From: Candidatus Freyarchaeum deiterrae
GTDB lineage: Archaea; Asgardarchaeota; Jordiarchaeia; Jordiarchaeales; Jordiarchaeaceae
Assembly: GCA_037305845.1 (NCBI GenBank)
Contig: CP147778.1
Coordinates: 3,008,001-3,072,000, forward strand
Length of the DNA: 64,000 nucleotides
Direction of reading: 5' to 3'
Positions within the stretch are counted from its first letter, which is position 1. Every line of letters begins with the position of its first letter. This document shows, in pieces, positions 1-9,846 of this stretch. Position numbers and translations under genes: made by a program. Under the pieces are notes generated by a model. The model was not told the DNA's origin. It did no database searches and saw only the letters and a program-made list of their open reading frames with translations.

Positions 1-591
1 TAGTGTAATATCCTTTCCAGGTATAGTTTGGTAATGATCAGGTATGCAAGCGCCAGCTGGATATTGGTTACTATCCACGCAGAATGATGAGCTTACATAG
101 AATGTAGCATTCCATATGCTTGTGCAACATACATCTTGTGATGCTTCATTCCATTGGATGCCTATAGTACCTTGTTTTCCTTCCTTCCCTTGTATAACGC
201 ATATGCTTCCGTCGCATGGTACGTAGCCACCATATACTTTAACTGCTACCCAGTATGAAGCTAACGTATCATTGCTTACGCATATTGGGAATAATTTTGG
301 CACATTCATTCCGATAACATTAATCGTACCTTGTTCTGTGTTGATTTTATCAACGCAACCTGATTGGGCTACCGGCACGATTTCATCAATTTTCGGAATG
401 GATGGCATTCCCTTAATTTGCGTTTGGATGCCGCTCTGACAGAGCATATTATAGCCAATCAATTGGGTAGTAACATTTGATTGACTGTATTGACTGTACG
501 CGTAGGATGCCACCACTAAGCCCCCAATCACCAATAACATTGCCACTAAAAAATGGGCTAAACGAAATTGCTTCCCTTTCCATTTTTTCAC
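1..591 (-). CDS. Secreted/surface Cys-rich protein, partial (runs off the window start)
   Basis: Not in the ORF track. Manual translation gives a frame open from GTG at 591 to the window edge: MKKWKGKQFRLAHFLVAMLLVIGGLVVASYAYSQYSQSNVTT... Basic N-terminus plus hydrophobic signal segment, many Cys, N-glycosylation sequons. Start codon uncertain. Confidence 0.75.
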   Translation of the reverse strand, partial: MKKWKGKQFRLAHFLVAMLLVIGGLVVASYAYSQYSQSNVTTQLIGYNMLCQSGIQTQIKGMPSIPKIDEIVPVAQSGCVDKINTEQGTINVIGMNVPKLFPICVSNDTLASYWVAVKVYGGYVPCDGSICVIQGKEGKQGTIGIQWNEASQDVCCTSIWNATFYVSSSFCVDSNQYPAGACIPDHYQTIPGKDITL

Positions 592-836
592 TAGTGACGT
601 TCGAGAGCAATTGTAATCAGTGTTCTTCTCCTTTTCAACCACTCTCGTCTTTCCTCCTTTTTTTATTGTGACAGAGAGTGTAGTTTTTCTGTACAGCCAC
701 TATTCCACAACGTCCTCTATACTAGCCGACCAATGCTACACTAGGCCCTTCACCAGATTTTCGCTAACACGCGCCAGATAGTTACTAGACAACCCACCAG
801 ACTAGCACTAAAAGTCTACACTAACCAAAACTGGAA

Positions 837-868
837 GTTACTGTATCACTTTCTGTTACTGTATCACT
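837..868. promoter_or_regulatory. Perfect 14-bp direct repeat GTTACTGTATCACT x2 (candidate regulator site)
   Basis: Copies at 837-850 and 855-868 in the intergenic region upstream of the minus-strand surface protein gene. Confidence 0.5.
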
Positions 869-1454
869 AGATTATCAATATACCATTAATTGATGTTTCT
901 AGCCCATTATTATTTGGTATTCTGAATAATTCCTATATAAATCTTTTGTTTCTATATAACAGATTTATAAAAAATTAGAGAAAATAGCTAAAAAAAGACA
1001 AATCTCACACATTATTTCAAAAATTCTAAGCAAAAAATCCAATAATTATGAAAAAATTACGACACCCGTCTACCAAAAATCCATAATATTCACGCCCATC
1101 ATGAAAAGGCGCCAGCTCAAGAACAAGCAGATGCATTCTAACAATTATACCGGTACTAACCCTGCACTTAACACATTTTCTGTCAGCCCCCAAACTCCAA
1201 TAAATTTCTGGCAACTCTGCACCACTTAGAAGTATCATAACACCTTTATTCCTTGAAAAGAAGGATCCTCTATTCCAAACATGTGCGGGAATATTGCAGA
1301 TAAAAACTGAAAGAATTATTCAACCTTATTTAAAGGGTTGATACTTCCTGGCCATCACAATCGTAAGATTTCTCGGAATAATTTCAAGCCTTCAATATCC
1401 GTAATCTTTATTAGAGAGTTTGAAAAAAGAATATCAATCTATAATATATATAAG

Positions 1455-1523
1455 ATAGATAATCAATATAACACTGTAATAATATATATACCAAATAAAT
1501 AATTAATATAACACAGGAATAAT
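1455..1523. promoter_or_regulatory. Imperfect 29-bp direct repeat (period 40) upstream of the Ig-RING gene
   Basis: 1455-1483 vs 1495-1523, 4 mismatches, core AATATAACAC. Confidence 0.4.
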
Positions 1524-1706
1524 CATTCCCAACACCGTAGAATACGGGCAGTGGAGAAAGAACTCTAAATAGGTAGCAGAATCTACCTGTAGGGCGTAAA
1601 TATGTAAAAAGGGGAAACAGGGCGTCCGAAACGGGGACCGGGCGCCTTGTTTACCATGAGTAAAATCATAATATCGTATCCTTAGATAAATTAGCGGGTA
1701 ACAAAC

Positions 1707-4700
1707 ATGAAATCTATCGGGAGGAGAAGGCGAGCAGTAAAACTAGTAATTTTAGCTGCTATGCTTCTAATTGCAGCAACCCTAGCAGGTGTTTCAATCC
1801 AAAATCAAAATCAAAACACAAATCCAATTATCAACCAAAACCTATTTTTGTACATGAATACTCCTGCAAATCATCCCATATTTACAAAAGACAATCCGAC
1901 TATCAACTATCCTACGAATAATATTGTGCTTGCTTCTGGAAGCTTCAATGTCACCTGGACCAACACTAGAACAGACATAGACTACTACCTAGTTAGTAAC
2001 GACAGTTACAGTCCGGACAGTGTGGTTAATACGACCACTAGCTATCAAGTCAGCCTATCTGATGGTCTTCACACTGTGAATGTTACAGCCGTCTACCAAG
2101 ACGGTAACTCTAGTTCTAGCATTGTTTCCTTCACTGTGGACACCACTCCCCCCACTGTGACTATCACCTCACCCAGCAATGGTACTCTGTTTAACACCAG
2201 CAGTGTTATGGTGAACTGGACTGGTAGCGACGCCAACTCGGGCATAGCCTACTTTGAGGTCAGAATTGACGAAGGCAGCTGGACCAATGTATCTGCGAGC
2301 CCCAGCTACACTTTCACCAGTGTCACAAACGGTACTCACACCGTTGATGTCGTAGCCTTCGATTTAGCGGGTAACAATGCCACCGCTTCTGTTTCCTTTA
2401 ACGTGGACACCATTCCTCCCACGGTGACTATCACTTCACCCACCATGGGCGTGCTGCTTAACACCAGCAGTGTTACTGTGAACTGGACCGGCAGCGACGA
2501 TACGGGTATAAGCTACTACGAGGTCAGAAATGACTCCAGCTCTTGGATCAACATGGGGACGAGTACCAGCTACACATTCACCAGTTTGTCCGACGGTTCT
2601 CACACTGTTTATGTTATGGCTTTTGACTTGGCTGGTAACAACGCCACCACGTCTGTTTCCTTCACTGTGGACACCACTCCGCCTACAGTAACCATAACCT
2701 CACCCAGCAATAATGCTATGCTTAACACCAGTAGTGTTACGGTGAACTGGACGGGTAGCGACGCCACCTCGGGCATAAGCTACTTTGAGGTCAGAATTGA
2801 CGGCGGTACTTGGCTCAATGCATCTGCGAGTCTCAGTCACACTTTCACCGGTGTCTCAAACGGTTCTCACACCGTGTATGTTATGGCTTTTGACTTGGCT
2901 GGTAATAACGTCACTGCTTCTGTTCCCTTCAACGTGGACACCACTCCACCCACGGTGGCTATCACCTCACCCTCCTTGGGAGCTGTACTTCTCACCAATG
3001 TTGTGTTTAACTGGACCGGTAGCGACGACACCGGCATAGCCTACTTTGAGGTCAGAATTGACGGCGGTACTTGGCTCAATGTATCCACGAGCCTCAGCTA
3101 CACTTTCACCGGTGTCTTGAACGGTTCTCATACTGTTTATGTTATGGCTTTTGACTTGGCTGGTAATAACATCACTGCTTCTGTTCCCTTTAACGTGGAC
3201 ACCATTCCTCCCACTGTGACTATCACCTCACCCACCAATGGTACCCTGTTTAACACCGGCAGTGTTACAGAAAACTGGACGGGCAGCGACAACACCGGCA
3301 TAGCCTACTTTGAGGTCAGAAATGACGGCGGTAGCTGGATCAATGTATCTAAGAGTCTCAGCTACGCGTTTACCGGTCTCTCGAACGGTTCTCACTCCGT
3401 GGATGTCATAGCCTTCGACCTGGCTGGTAACAACGCCACCGCCTCTGTTCCCTTCACTGTGGACACCACTTTGCCTACAGTGACTATCACTTCACCCACC
3501 AATGGTGCGCTGTTTAATACTAGCAGTGTTACAGTAAACTGGACTGGTTACGCCTACTCAGGCATAAACTACTACGAGGTTAAGCTTGACGGCGGTACTT
3601 TTGGCAGTGTTGGAACAAATACCAGCTACACGTTCACCAGTCTTTCAGATGGGTCTCACACCGTTTATGTTAGGGCTTGGAGCCTGGTGGGTAACAATGC
3701 CACTGCATCTGTTTCATTTAACGTGGACACCATTCCTCCCACAGTGAATATTGCCTCACCCACCAATGGTGCGCTGTTTAATACTGGCAGTGTTACAGTG
3801 AACTGGACGGGCAGCGACGCCAACTCGGGCATAGCCTACTTTGAGGTCAGAATTGATGGCGGTAGCTGGATCAATGTATCCACGAGCCTCAGCCACACTT
3901 TCACCGGTCTCTCAACCGGTACTCACTCCGTGGATGTCATAGCCTTCGACCTGGCGGGTAACAATGCCACCGCTTCTGTTTTCTTCACTGTGGACACCAT
4001 TCCTCCCATAGTGACTATCACTTCACCCACCAATGGTACGCTGTTTAATACTAGCAGTGTTACAGTAAACTGGATAGGTAGCGACGGCAACGGCACTGGT
4101 ATAGCCTACTTTGAGGTCAGAATTGACGGCGGTATCTGGATCAATGTAGCTAAGGGTATGAGCTACCCGTTCACCGGTCTCTTAACCGGTTCTCACCCCG
4201 TGGATGTCATAGCCTTCGACCTGGCTGGTAACAACGCCACCGCCTCTGTTTCCTTCAACGTGGACACCACTCCACCCACGGTGACCATAACCACTCCGTA
4301 TAACGATACCTCGATTAATGTGGGGACTATCATAATTAGGGGTGTATATAACGGTACTGGTAGCAATATTCAGAAGATTGATTGTAACGACTCCCGTTTT
4401 ACTCTTCAGACCGCTCCTCCGTTTGGCGTTACTGGAACTTTTGTTTTTATTAATAAAACTAACCCTATTTATAGCGGTAGTTTTGGGTTGAGAGTTACTG
4501 TTTTGGATGATGCGGGTTTTACTACGTTTGTAGATAGGTGCGTAATAGTAAACCAGAGTGGAATTATCGGCTCTAATATTTCGGATTTGGGTATAGGTAA
4601 TAATTATATCGATGCTGTTTCCGTTGCAGGCGTGGAGCTTTGGTTGAATGTTAATGCTCCCGTAAGGGTTTACATTACTTGCACCGCCGCAAATCTGGGT

Positions 4701-5444
4701 GGTAGTGCTCCGACCGGATTCGGACTTCTCGGAAGGTTTTGGTCTATTTCGGTGAACGACACCTCTGCTATTCAAAGTGTAACTATTGGGGCAATATACT
4801 CGGATGAGAACGTTACAAAAGCTGGAATTGTAGCAGTCTCTGGACTAGGATACTGGAACGATACTAGCGGTATGTGGGAAGAAATTCCAAGTACTCTGGA
4901 TCCACCGAACAATATTGTAAAAGCGACTATCGATCATTTGTCTAGCTTCACTATCCTTGGAACTCTACCGTCTTCGGGAACTCCAACTTCGCCTTATCTT
5001 CCATTATTGTTACTGTCCCAGTCTTTAACAAGTGGGGTTAATCCTCTAGCTTATTTAGTTCTGGCTTTGGTTATGGTTTTACTTGTTTCTGTCGTAGTGG
5101 TAGCATTTAAAGGAAGTTTAAGGGGAAAAGCTGTTGAGCCAAAGGCTCCATTAACTCTCGTGAGGTCTGATGCTTCCAAGAAGGCAGGATGTTTCTACTG
5201 CGGCTCTGAGATTCCTGAAGACGCTGAGATCTGTCCTTACTGTGGCGAGATTAGAGCGAGGTGCTCGGTGTGTAATAGATACCTCATTGTGGGAGACCCG
5301 TTTGCTGAGTGCCCCTACTGCGGTGCCCTTAGTCACAAAGAACACCTACTACAATGGATTGGTTCGAAAGGATACTGTCCAAAATGCAAGGAGAAATTGT
5401 TTACAAGCCACATAAAACTAAAAGACTACTTTGAGCCTCGATAA
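1707..5444 (+). CDS. Single-pass surface protein: signal peptide, about 10 Ig-like repeats, GPS/ZU5-like HLS domain, TM helix, cytoplasmic Zn-ribbon + RING-like domain
   Basis: N-terminal signal/anchor; about 88-aa PPTVTITSP...FxVDT repeats; ATIDHLSSFTILG (H1077); TM LAYLVLALVMVLLVSVVVVAF; CFYC..CPYC, then C-x2-C-x12-C-x2-C-x4-H-x2-H-x10-C-x2-C with a Trp. Confidence 0.9.
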   Translation: MKSIGRRRRAVKLVILAAMLLIAATLAGVSIQNQNQNTNPIINQNLFLYMNTPANHPIFTKDNPTINYPTNNIVLASGSFNVTWTNTRTDIDYYLVSNDSYSPDSVVNTTTSYQVSLSDGLHTVNVTAVYQDGNSSSSIVSFTVDTTPPTVTITSPSNGTLFNTSSVMVNWTGSDANSGIAYFEVRIDEGSWTNVSASPSYTFTSVTNGTHTVDVVAFDLAGNNATASVSFNVDTIPPTVTITSPTMGVLLNTSSVTVNWTGSDDTGISYYEVRNDSSSWINMGTSTSYTFTSLSDGSHTVYVMAFDLAGNNATTSVSFTVDTTPPTVTITSPSNNAMLNTSSVTVNWTGSDATSGISYFEVRIDGGTWLNASASLSHTFTGVSNGSHTVYVMAFDLAGNNVTASVPFNVDTTPPTVAITSPSLGAVLLTNVVFNWTGSDDTGIAYFEVRIDGGTWLNVSTSLSYTFTGVLNGSHTVYVMAFDLAGNNITASVPFNVDTIPPTVTITSPTNGTLFNTGSVTENWTGSDNTGIAYFEVRNDGGSWINVSKSLSYAFTGLSNGSHSVDVIAFDLAGNNATASVPFTVDTTLPTVTITSPTNGALFNTSSVTVNWTGYAYSGINYYEVKLDGGTFGSVGTNTSYTFTSLSDGSHTVYVRAWSLVGNNATASVSFNVDTIPPTVNIASPTNGALFNTGSVTVNWTGSDANSGIAYFEVRIDGGSWINVSTSLSHTFTGLSTGTHSVDVIAFDLAGNNATASVFFTVDTIPPIVTITSPTNGTLFNTSSVTVNWIGSDGNGTGIAYFEVRIDGGIWINVAKGMSYPFTGLLTGSHPVDVIAFDLAGNNATASVSFNVDTTPPTVTITTPYNDTSINVGTIIIRGVYNGTGSNIQKIDCNDSRFTLQTAPPFGVTGTFVFINKTNPIYSGSFGLRVTVLDDAGFTTFVDRCVIVNQSGIIGSNISDLGIGNNYIDAVSVAGVELWLNVNAPVRVYITCTAANLGGSAPTGFGLLGRFWSISVNDTSAIQSVTIGAIYSDENVTKAGIVAVSGLGYWNDTSGMWEEIPSTLDPPNNIVKATIDHLSSFTILGTLPSSGTPTSPYLPLLLLSQSLTSGVNPLAYLVLALVMVLLVSVVVVAFKGSLRGKAVEPKAPLTLVRSDASKKAGCFYCGSEIPEDAEICPYCGEIRARCSVCNRYLIVGDPFAECPYCGALSHKEHLLQWIGSKGYCPKCKEKLFTSHIKLKDYFEPR
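2140..4275 (+). repeat. Eight near-identical intragenic repeats of about 265 bp encoding Ig-like domains
   Basis: Recurrent blocks such as GTGGACACCA, GCCTACTTTGAGGTCAGAATTGA and GGTAACAA at a period of about 265 bp. Confidence 0.9.
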
Positions 5445-5674
5445 CCTACTCCCCCTTGGAAGAAATGAGAGAACTTGGTTATAGTGCGGGAGAGGTAAAG
5501 CCATTCCGTTCTGCTGTAAGCTGATGATCTAACACGGTGGTGAGGCTCGCATAAGGCGAAAGATTTAAACTTCTTCTTCATCATAATAAAATTTATATAT
5601 GTATTTGCCGCAAAAATATGGCATCGGACAATTTACGGAAGAATGAGGGTTAAAATTTTATGAAGGGAGGCTAA

Positions 5675-6133
5675 ATGGTTACATTTGATGAGATTAAAAA
5701 AATGGGGAAAAAATGGGCTGCAGAATATTGCAAAGCACTAAATAACACCCCAGAATATGAAGAAGCGGCAAAGGGATGGGGAGTCGATTTCGAAGGGGCT
5801 ATGTTATTTATAATGACTCCTAGTGGCGAAATAACATTTGATGTAGTTTCCTTCTTGGATTTAAAGGATGGTAAATGTTTAGGCATAAAATTACTTGAAC
5901 CCGGAGAAGCTCCCCCGAGAACGCCTGGATTGACGCTAAAAGCACCGATGTTGACGTGGAAAAAATTAGCCTTTAAGGAGCAAAATCCTGTACAAGCCTT
6001 AATGACGGGAGAGCTTCAACTCGAAGGAGATATGGATCTTGCTATGAAGTATTCCCAGGCTGCTATGCTGCTGGCTGATGTTACAGAAAAAACCGACAGA
6101 AGCTTATTTACCTCATTTGATCTCGGAGAATAG
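5675..6133 (+). CDS. SCP2 sterol/lipid-binding domain protein
   Basis: NPVQALMTGELQLEGDM SCP2-type motif; GGGAGG RBS. Confidence 0.85.
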   Translation: MVTFDEIKKMGKKWAAEYCKALNNTPEYEEAAKGWGVDFEGAMLFIMTPSGEITFDVVSFLDLKDGKCLGIKLLEPGEAPPRTPGLTLKAPMLTWKKLAFKEQNPVQALMTGELQLEGDMDLAMKYSQAAMLLADVTEKTDRSLFTSFDLGE

Positions 6134-6143
6134 AGGGACTAGA

Positions 6144-6890
6144 ATGAGTGAAACTAGACAAATAGATTATTCGATGCCTCGCCAAAATGGGCATTATCCA
6201 CCACCCCCCTATGAATATCCAAATATGAGAGCCATAGTCTGCCTGTTCAAGACGACCCGTGAGGCTAAACGGCGAGTTTTACCCCCAGAATTGGAATCCA
6301 TCGAGTTTCCTTTCGATGCAATCTTCATTGCCGAATATCCCAATTCGACAATCGGACCCTACAATGAGAACTTAATTCTATTATATACCAAATATGAAAA
6401 AACACAGGGACTATTTGTCATGAATATTTACGTAGATGACGATGCTGCATTGACAGCAGGGCGAGAAATTTGGGGGTATCCTAAGAAATTATGTAATATA
6501 AAACTATCTCCGATAAAGGATGATAAAATTACAGGCACATTAGTCAGAAAAGGTAAAACAATTCTTCAAGTTAAAGCAGAATTAACCGATAAGTCACCTG
6601 GTGTAGATCCCAGCTATCTTATCAAAGCATTTCCACTCATTAATCTAAAATTGATTCCAGATGTTGCAGATAATTCGAAACCAGCTCTAAATCAATTAAC
6701 CGCAACGCAATTAGCATGGAATAATATTCGGGTAACAAAAGGACTAAAAGTGAAGTCAATAACCAGTGAATATTCAGACTATGATATCTGCTCAGAAGTC
6801 ATAAATGTCTCCGATACGAGTATTGGAGGTTTCTACGTCGAATGCGATCAAACCCTGCCAAACGGAAGGGTTTTAAAAAACTTAGTATAA
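6144..6890 (+). CDS. Acetoacetate decarboxylase family protein
   Basis: GREIWGYPKK motif with the Schiff-base Lys; GPYNE. ATG at 6144 is preferred over the overlapping upstream start. Confidence 0.85.
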   Translation: MSETRQIDYSMPRQNGHYPPPPYEYPNMRAIVCLFKTTREAKRRVLPPELESIEFPFDAIFIAEYPNSTIGPYNENLILLYTKYEKTQGLFVMNIYVDDDAALTAGREIWGYPKKLCNIKLSPIKDDKITGTLVRKGKTILQVKAELTDKSPGVDPSYLIKAFPLINLKLIPDVADNSKPALNQLTATQLAWNNIRVTKGLKVKSITSEYSDYDICSEVINVSDTSIGGFYVECDQTLPNGRVLKNLV

Positions 6891-6955
6891 TACCCATTAT
6901 TTTTATTATAATTTTTTTACAAAAATTGTTAATGAACTAGTAAGTAGGTATTCAC

Positions 6956-8467
6956 TTGTCTAGAATAATGGAAGCTTTTGATAAAATTGAAGACATTGTG
7001 GGATCTAGATACGTTTCCGATTCAGAACCAGTTTTATATTCTTATTCAAGGAATGCAGATCCCATCCTAAGAGGCAAACCAGATATTGTTGTGAGACCCA
7101 AATCCACAGAAGAAGTTTCACAGATTGTAAAAGTTGCAAACGAAACAAAGACTAAAATAATACCGAGAGGTGGTGGTGCAGATCTAACTGGCGGTGCGAA
7201 ACCCATTGGTGATGGGGGTATAGTAATCGATTTAACGCGAATGAATAAAGTGCTGGATGTTGATCTTGGAGCTAGAATTGTGACGGTAGAATGCGGTATT
7301 TCGTGGTCGGAGTTATGTGATTATCTCCGCAAAATAGAAAATGGTTTATACACCGGCAGCACCGGTCCAGCAAGTGGATTTGGCGCAACAATAGGTGGAG
7401 GTTTATCGAATCATAGTGTTGGTGGCGGCGGTGCGGCGATGTATGGAGCCGTTACAGAGCAGTGCGTGGGTCTTGAAGTTGTTCTACCGACCGGCAAGGT
7501 CATCAATACTGGAGCCAAAGCTAACTCTTTCATGAATCGGGCTTTTTCTCGACTGGGCTTAGGACCAGATTATACGGGACTCTTCCTAGGTGATGTCGGA
7601 ATTCATGGCATTAAAACCAAAGCCTCTCTCAAATTATATCCTCTCCCCGAATATGCCGCGTTTAATACTTTCGATATCGAAACTACAAAAATGAAGCCCT
7701 CAGTTGAAAGAGCTACGGAAGTCATGTTAAAATGGCAACATAAGAACATTAAAATTCACGATTTCTATTTTTACACAGAAACTTATGCCCGCCTTTTAAA
7801 GATGTTTCAAGTTAAAAAAAGCTGGACTACCGCAGATATTAAGGGATCAGTTCTCTTTTATGTAACTGTAGCTGATTCCACGAGAGAGCTAGAAGAAGAT
7901 GTTGAAAAATTAGATAAAATTGCTAAGGAAGCTGAATTGCGAAAATTGGGACCCAGAGTTGAGGATGGAAACATAGCTAAATGGTTCTATGAGGAAGATG
8001 GACGATGGCAGTGGGCAGATATTTACTTCGGGATGCTCGGCCCGGGATCTGGGTCTTTGGGTACTTGTTTAAAAGCGCCCACAGATTTATTGCCCAAATA
8101 TGTTGATTTATATCAACGCTGGGCAACAGCAAATACAAAAGTACTTTCAGAAGTAGGAGGTGGGTCGGCGGATTTCATTGTTTTTGGAGTATACCCTAAT
8201 TATATCGATGTCACAGGCGGAATCTCAATAAAGCCGAGACCTCAGGATTATGAGAAAATTTATCAAATGTGGAAATCATTATTAATTGCTCAGATTAAGG
8301 AACTCGGTGCCATGCATTATTGGATGGGCGAAATTATAGGACATAGCCTCGTTGAATCAGGTGCACTGACACCAGAATATTTGGAATTCATGATAAATAT
8401 CAAAAAGGCCTTAGACCCAAATAAAATCATGAGCCCGGATAAGTTCTATCTCTCAAAACAATATTAA
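6956..8467 (+). CDS. FAD-binding oxidoreductase (GlcD/D-lactate dehydrogenase/alkyl-DHAP synthase-like, VAO family)
   Basis: PDIVVRP...EEV, IIPRGGG, ATIGGG, GLEVVLPTG, KKALDPNKIMSP. Confidence 0.9.
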   Translation: MSRIMEAFDKIEDIVGSRYVSDSEPVLYSYSRNADPILRGKPDIVVRPKSTEEVSQIVKVANETKTKIIPRGGGADLTGGAKPIGDGGIVIDLTRMNKVLDVDLGARIVTVECGISWSELCDYLRKIENGLYTGSTGPASGFGATIGGGLSNHSVGGGGAAMYGAVTEQCVGLEVVLPTGKVINTGAKANSFMNRAFSRLGLGPDYTGLFLGDVGIHGIKTKASLKLYPLPEYAAFNTFDIETTKMKPSVERATEVMLKWQHKNIKIHDFYFYTETYARLLKMFQVKKSWTTADIKGSVLFYVTVADSTRELEEDVEKLDKIAKEAELRKLGPRVEDGNIAKWFYEEDGRWQWADIYFGMLGPGSGSLGTCLKAPTDLLPKYVDLYQRWATANTKVLSEVGGGSADFIVFGVYPNYIDVTGGISIKPRPQDYEKIYQMWKSLLIAQIKELGAMHYWMGEIIGHSLVESGALTPEYLEFMINIKKALDPNKIMSPDKFYLSKQY

Positions 8468-8476
8468 TGTGGTGAA

Positions 8477-9700
8477 TTGCTAATGGATGAATTGAAGAAC
8501 CTTAAGAAAGTTAAGGAAGCCGCTTTATCATGCGTGTCCTGTGGACAATGCCGAAATCCTCTTTGGCCCTCTAAAGGGCGATTCGGAGTTTGCCCTGTCT
8601 ATGAAACCGATTACACTCCTCGATTTGAACCATTTTTTTCACGAGGAAAAAATACCATATTAAAAGGCCTCCTCTGGAATGAATTACCCCTCTCTCGAGA
8701 TTTGGCTGATATTTTTTTCCAATGCACAGGTTGTGGGGCCTGCGAAGAATTTTGCCATAATGCACAGAATCCTAATATTGATTTTGCAACGCACCGATGG
8801 GCGGAAAATGTAAGGGTCTATGAAGCTCTCCGGGCAGATTTAGTTGAAGCGGGCTTTGCGTTAGAAGAACACCAAGAAATGAACGGGGCACTAATAGAGT
8901 TGGACAACCCATATGGCCGAGAAAGATCAGCGAAATTAGACTGGACAAAAGATCTGGATTTTGAAGTTAAAGATGCCTCAAAGAGTCCTGTAGAATACTT
9001 GTATTACGTCGGATGTACATCAGCACTTAGTTCATCGACTCAAATCGTTGCGAAAGCAACGGCGAAAATATTACATAAACTCGGTGTTGACTTTGGAATT
9101 CTTGGAGACATGGAGGTCTGTTGTGGAAGTGTCGCAAAACGGACCGGAAATCTGCAAGCATTTGACCATATCGTTGAAAAAAATGTTAAAATGCTACAAG
9201 ATTTAGGAATTAAGAAAATAATCACCAGTTGTGCAGGATGCTATCGTACCTTTACCAATGATTATAAAAATGAAATAAAGGGTATAGATGTCATCCATAC
9301 TTCAGAATTTATAACCACTTTCCTTAAAGACAAATCTACTAAATTGAAAAAATTAGACATTATCACCACCTATCACGACCCCTGTCATTTAGGTAGACAT
9401 TGCGGCTTTTATGACCCGCCTCGCGAATTACTGAAACAAATTTCGAATTTTCATGAAATGAAACGTATTCGAGAAAATGCAATGTGCTGTGGTGCAGGTG
9501 GGGGCGTTAAGAAGGCTTTTCCTGAATTAGCTTTGGAGATGGCTGAAAATCGAATTAAAGAAGCGGAGCAGACGCAAGCAACTTATTTAATTAGTACATG
9601 CCCATTCTGTCACAGGAATTTACTGGATAGTATCCAAGCTCTAAAATCTAAGTTAGAAATGCATGATTTATCCGAATTAATCCTTCAATCTTTGGAATAA
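8477..9700 (+). CDS. Fe-S oxidoreductase, GlcF/HdrD-like, with CCG domains
   Basis: CVSCGQC, CTGCGACEEFC, VCCG, HDPCHLGR, MCCGAGGG, TCPFC. Confidence 0.9.
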   Translation: MLMDELKNLKKVKEAALSCVSCGQCRNPLWPSKGRFGVCPVYETDYTPRFEPFFSRGKNTILKGLLWNELPLSRDLADIFFQCTGCGACEEFCHNAQNPNIDFATHRWAENVRVYEALRADLVEAGFALEEHQEMNGALIELDNPYGRERSAKLDWTKDLDFEVKDASKSPVEYLYYVGCTSALSSSTQIVAKATAKILHKLGVDFGILGDMEVCCGSVAKRTGNLQAFDHIVEKNVKMLQDLGIKKIITSCAGCYRTFTNDYKNEIKGIDVIHTSEFITTFLKDKSTKLKKLDIITTYHDPCHLGRHCGFYDPPRELLKQISNFHEMKRIRENAMCCGAGGGVKKAFPELALEMAENRIKEAEQTQATYLISTCPFCHRNLLDSIQALKSKLEMHDLSELILQSLE

Positions 9701-9846
9701 TCTAAAAATCCCAAGAAATTTTTTAAAAACTTCTAGAAGAAATAGAAAATGAAGAAATCAATGAAAAGAGAACAGCTAAATAGGTTTTAGAATTTTTTAC
9801 GTTTTTTAAAAAAAATTGGGAGAATGTTTGTTAGTCTGAGGATTTT

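Noticed and set aside
1026-1238. 70-aa minus-strand ORF
   Set aside because: No recognisable motif or RBS; possibly decayed sequence, not supportable.
2140-4275. CRISPR array
   Set aside because: All periodic repeats in the window are long in-frame coding units; there is no short repeat-unique spacer structure and no cas genes.
5470-5570. Hammerhead ribozyme or C/D sRNA (CTGATGA...CGAAA)
   Set aside because: Stem II does not close (U opposite C), and no consistent stems I/III or box spacing were found.
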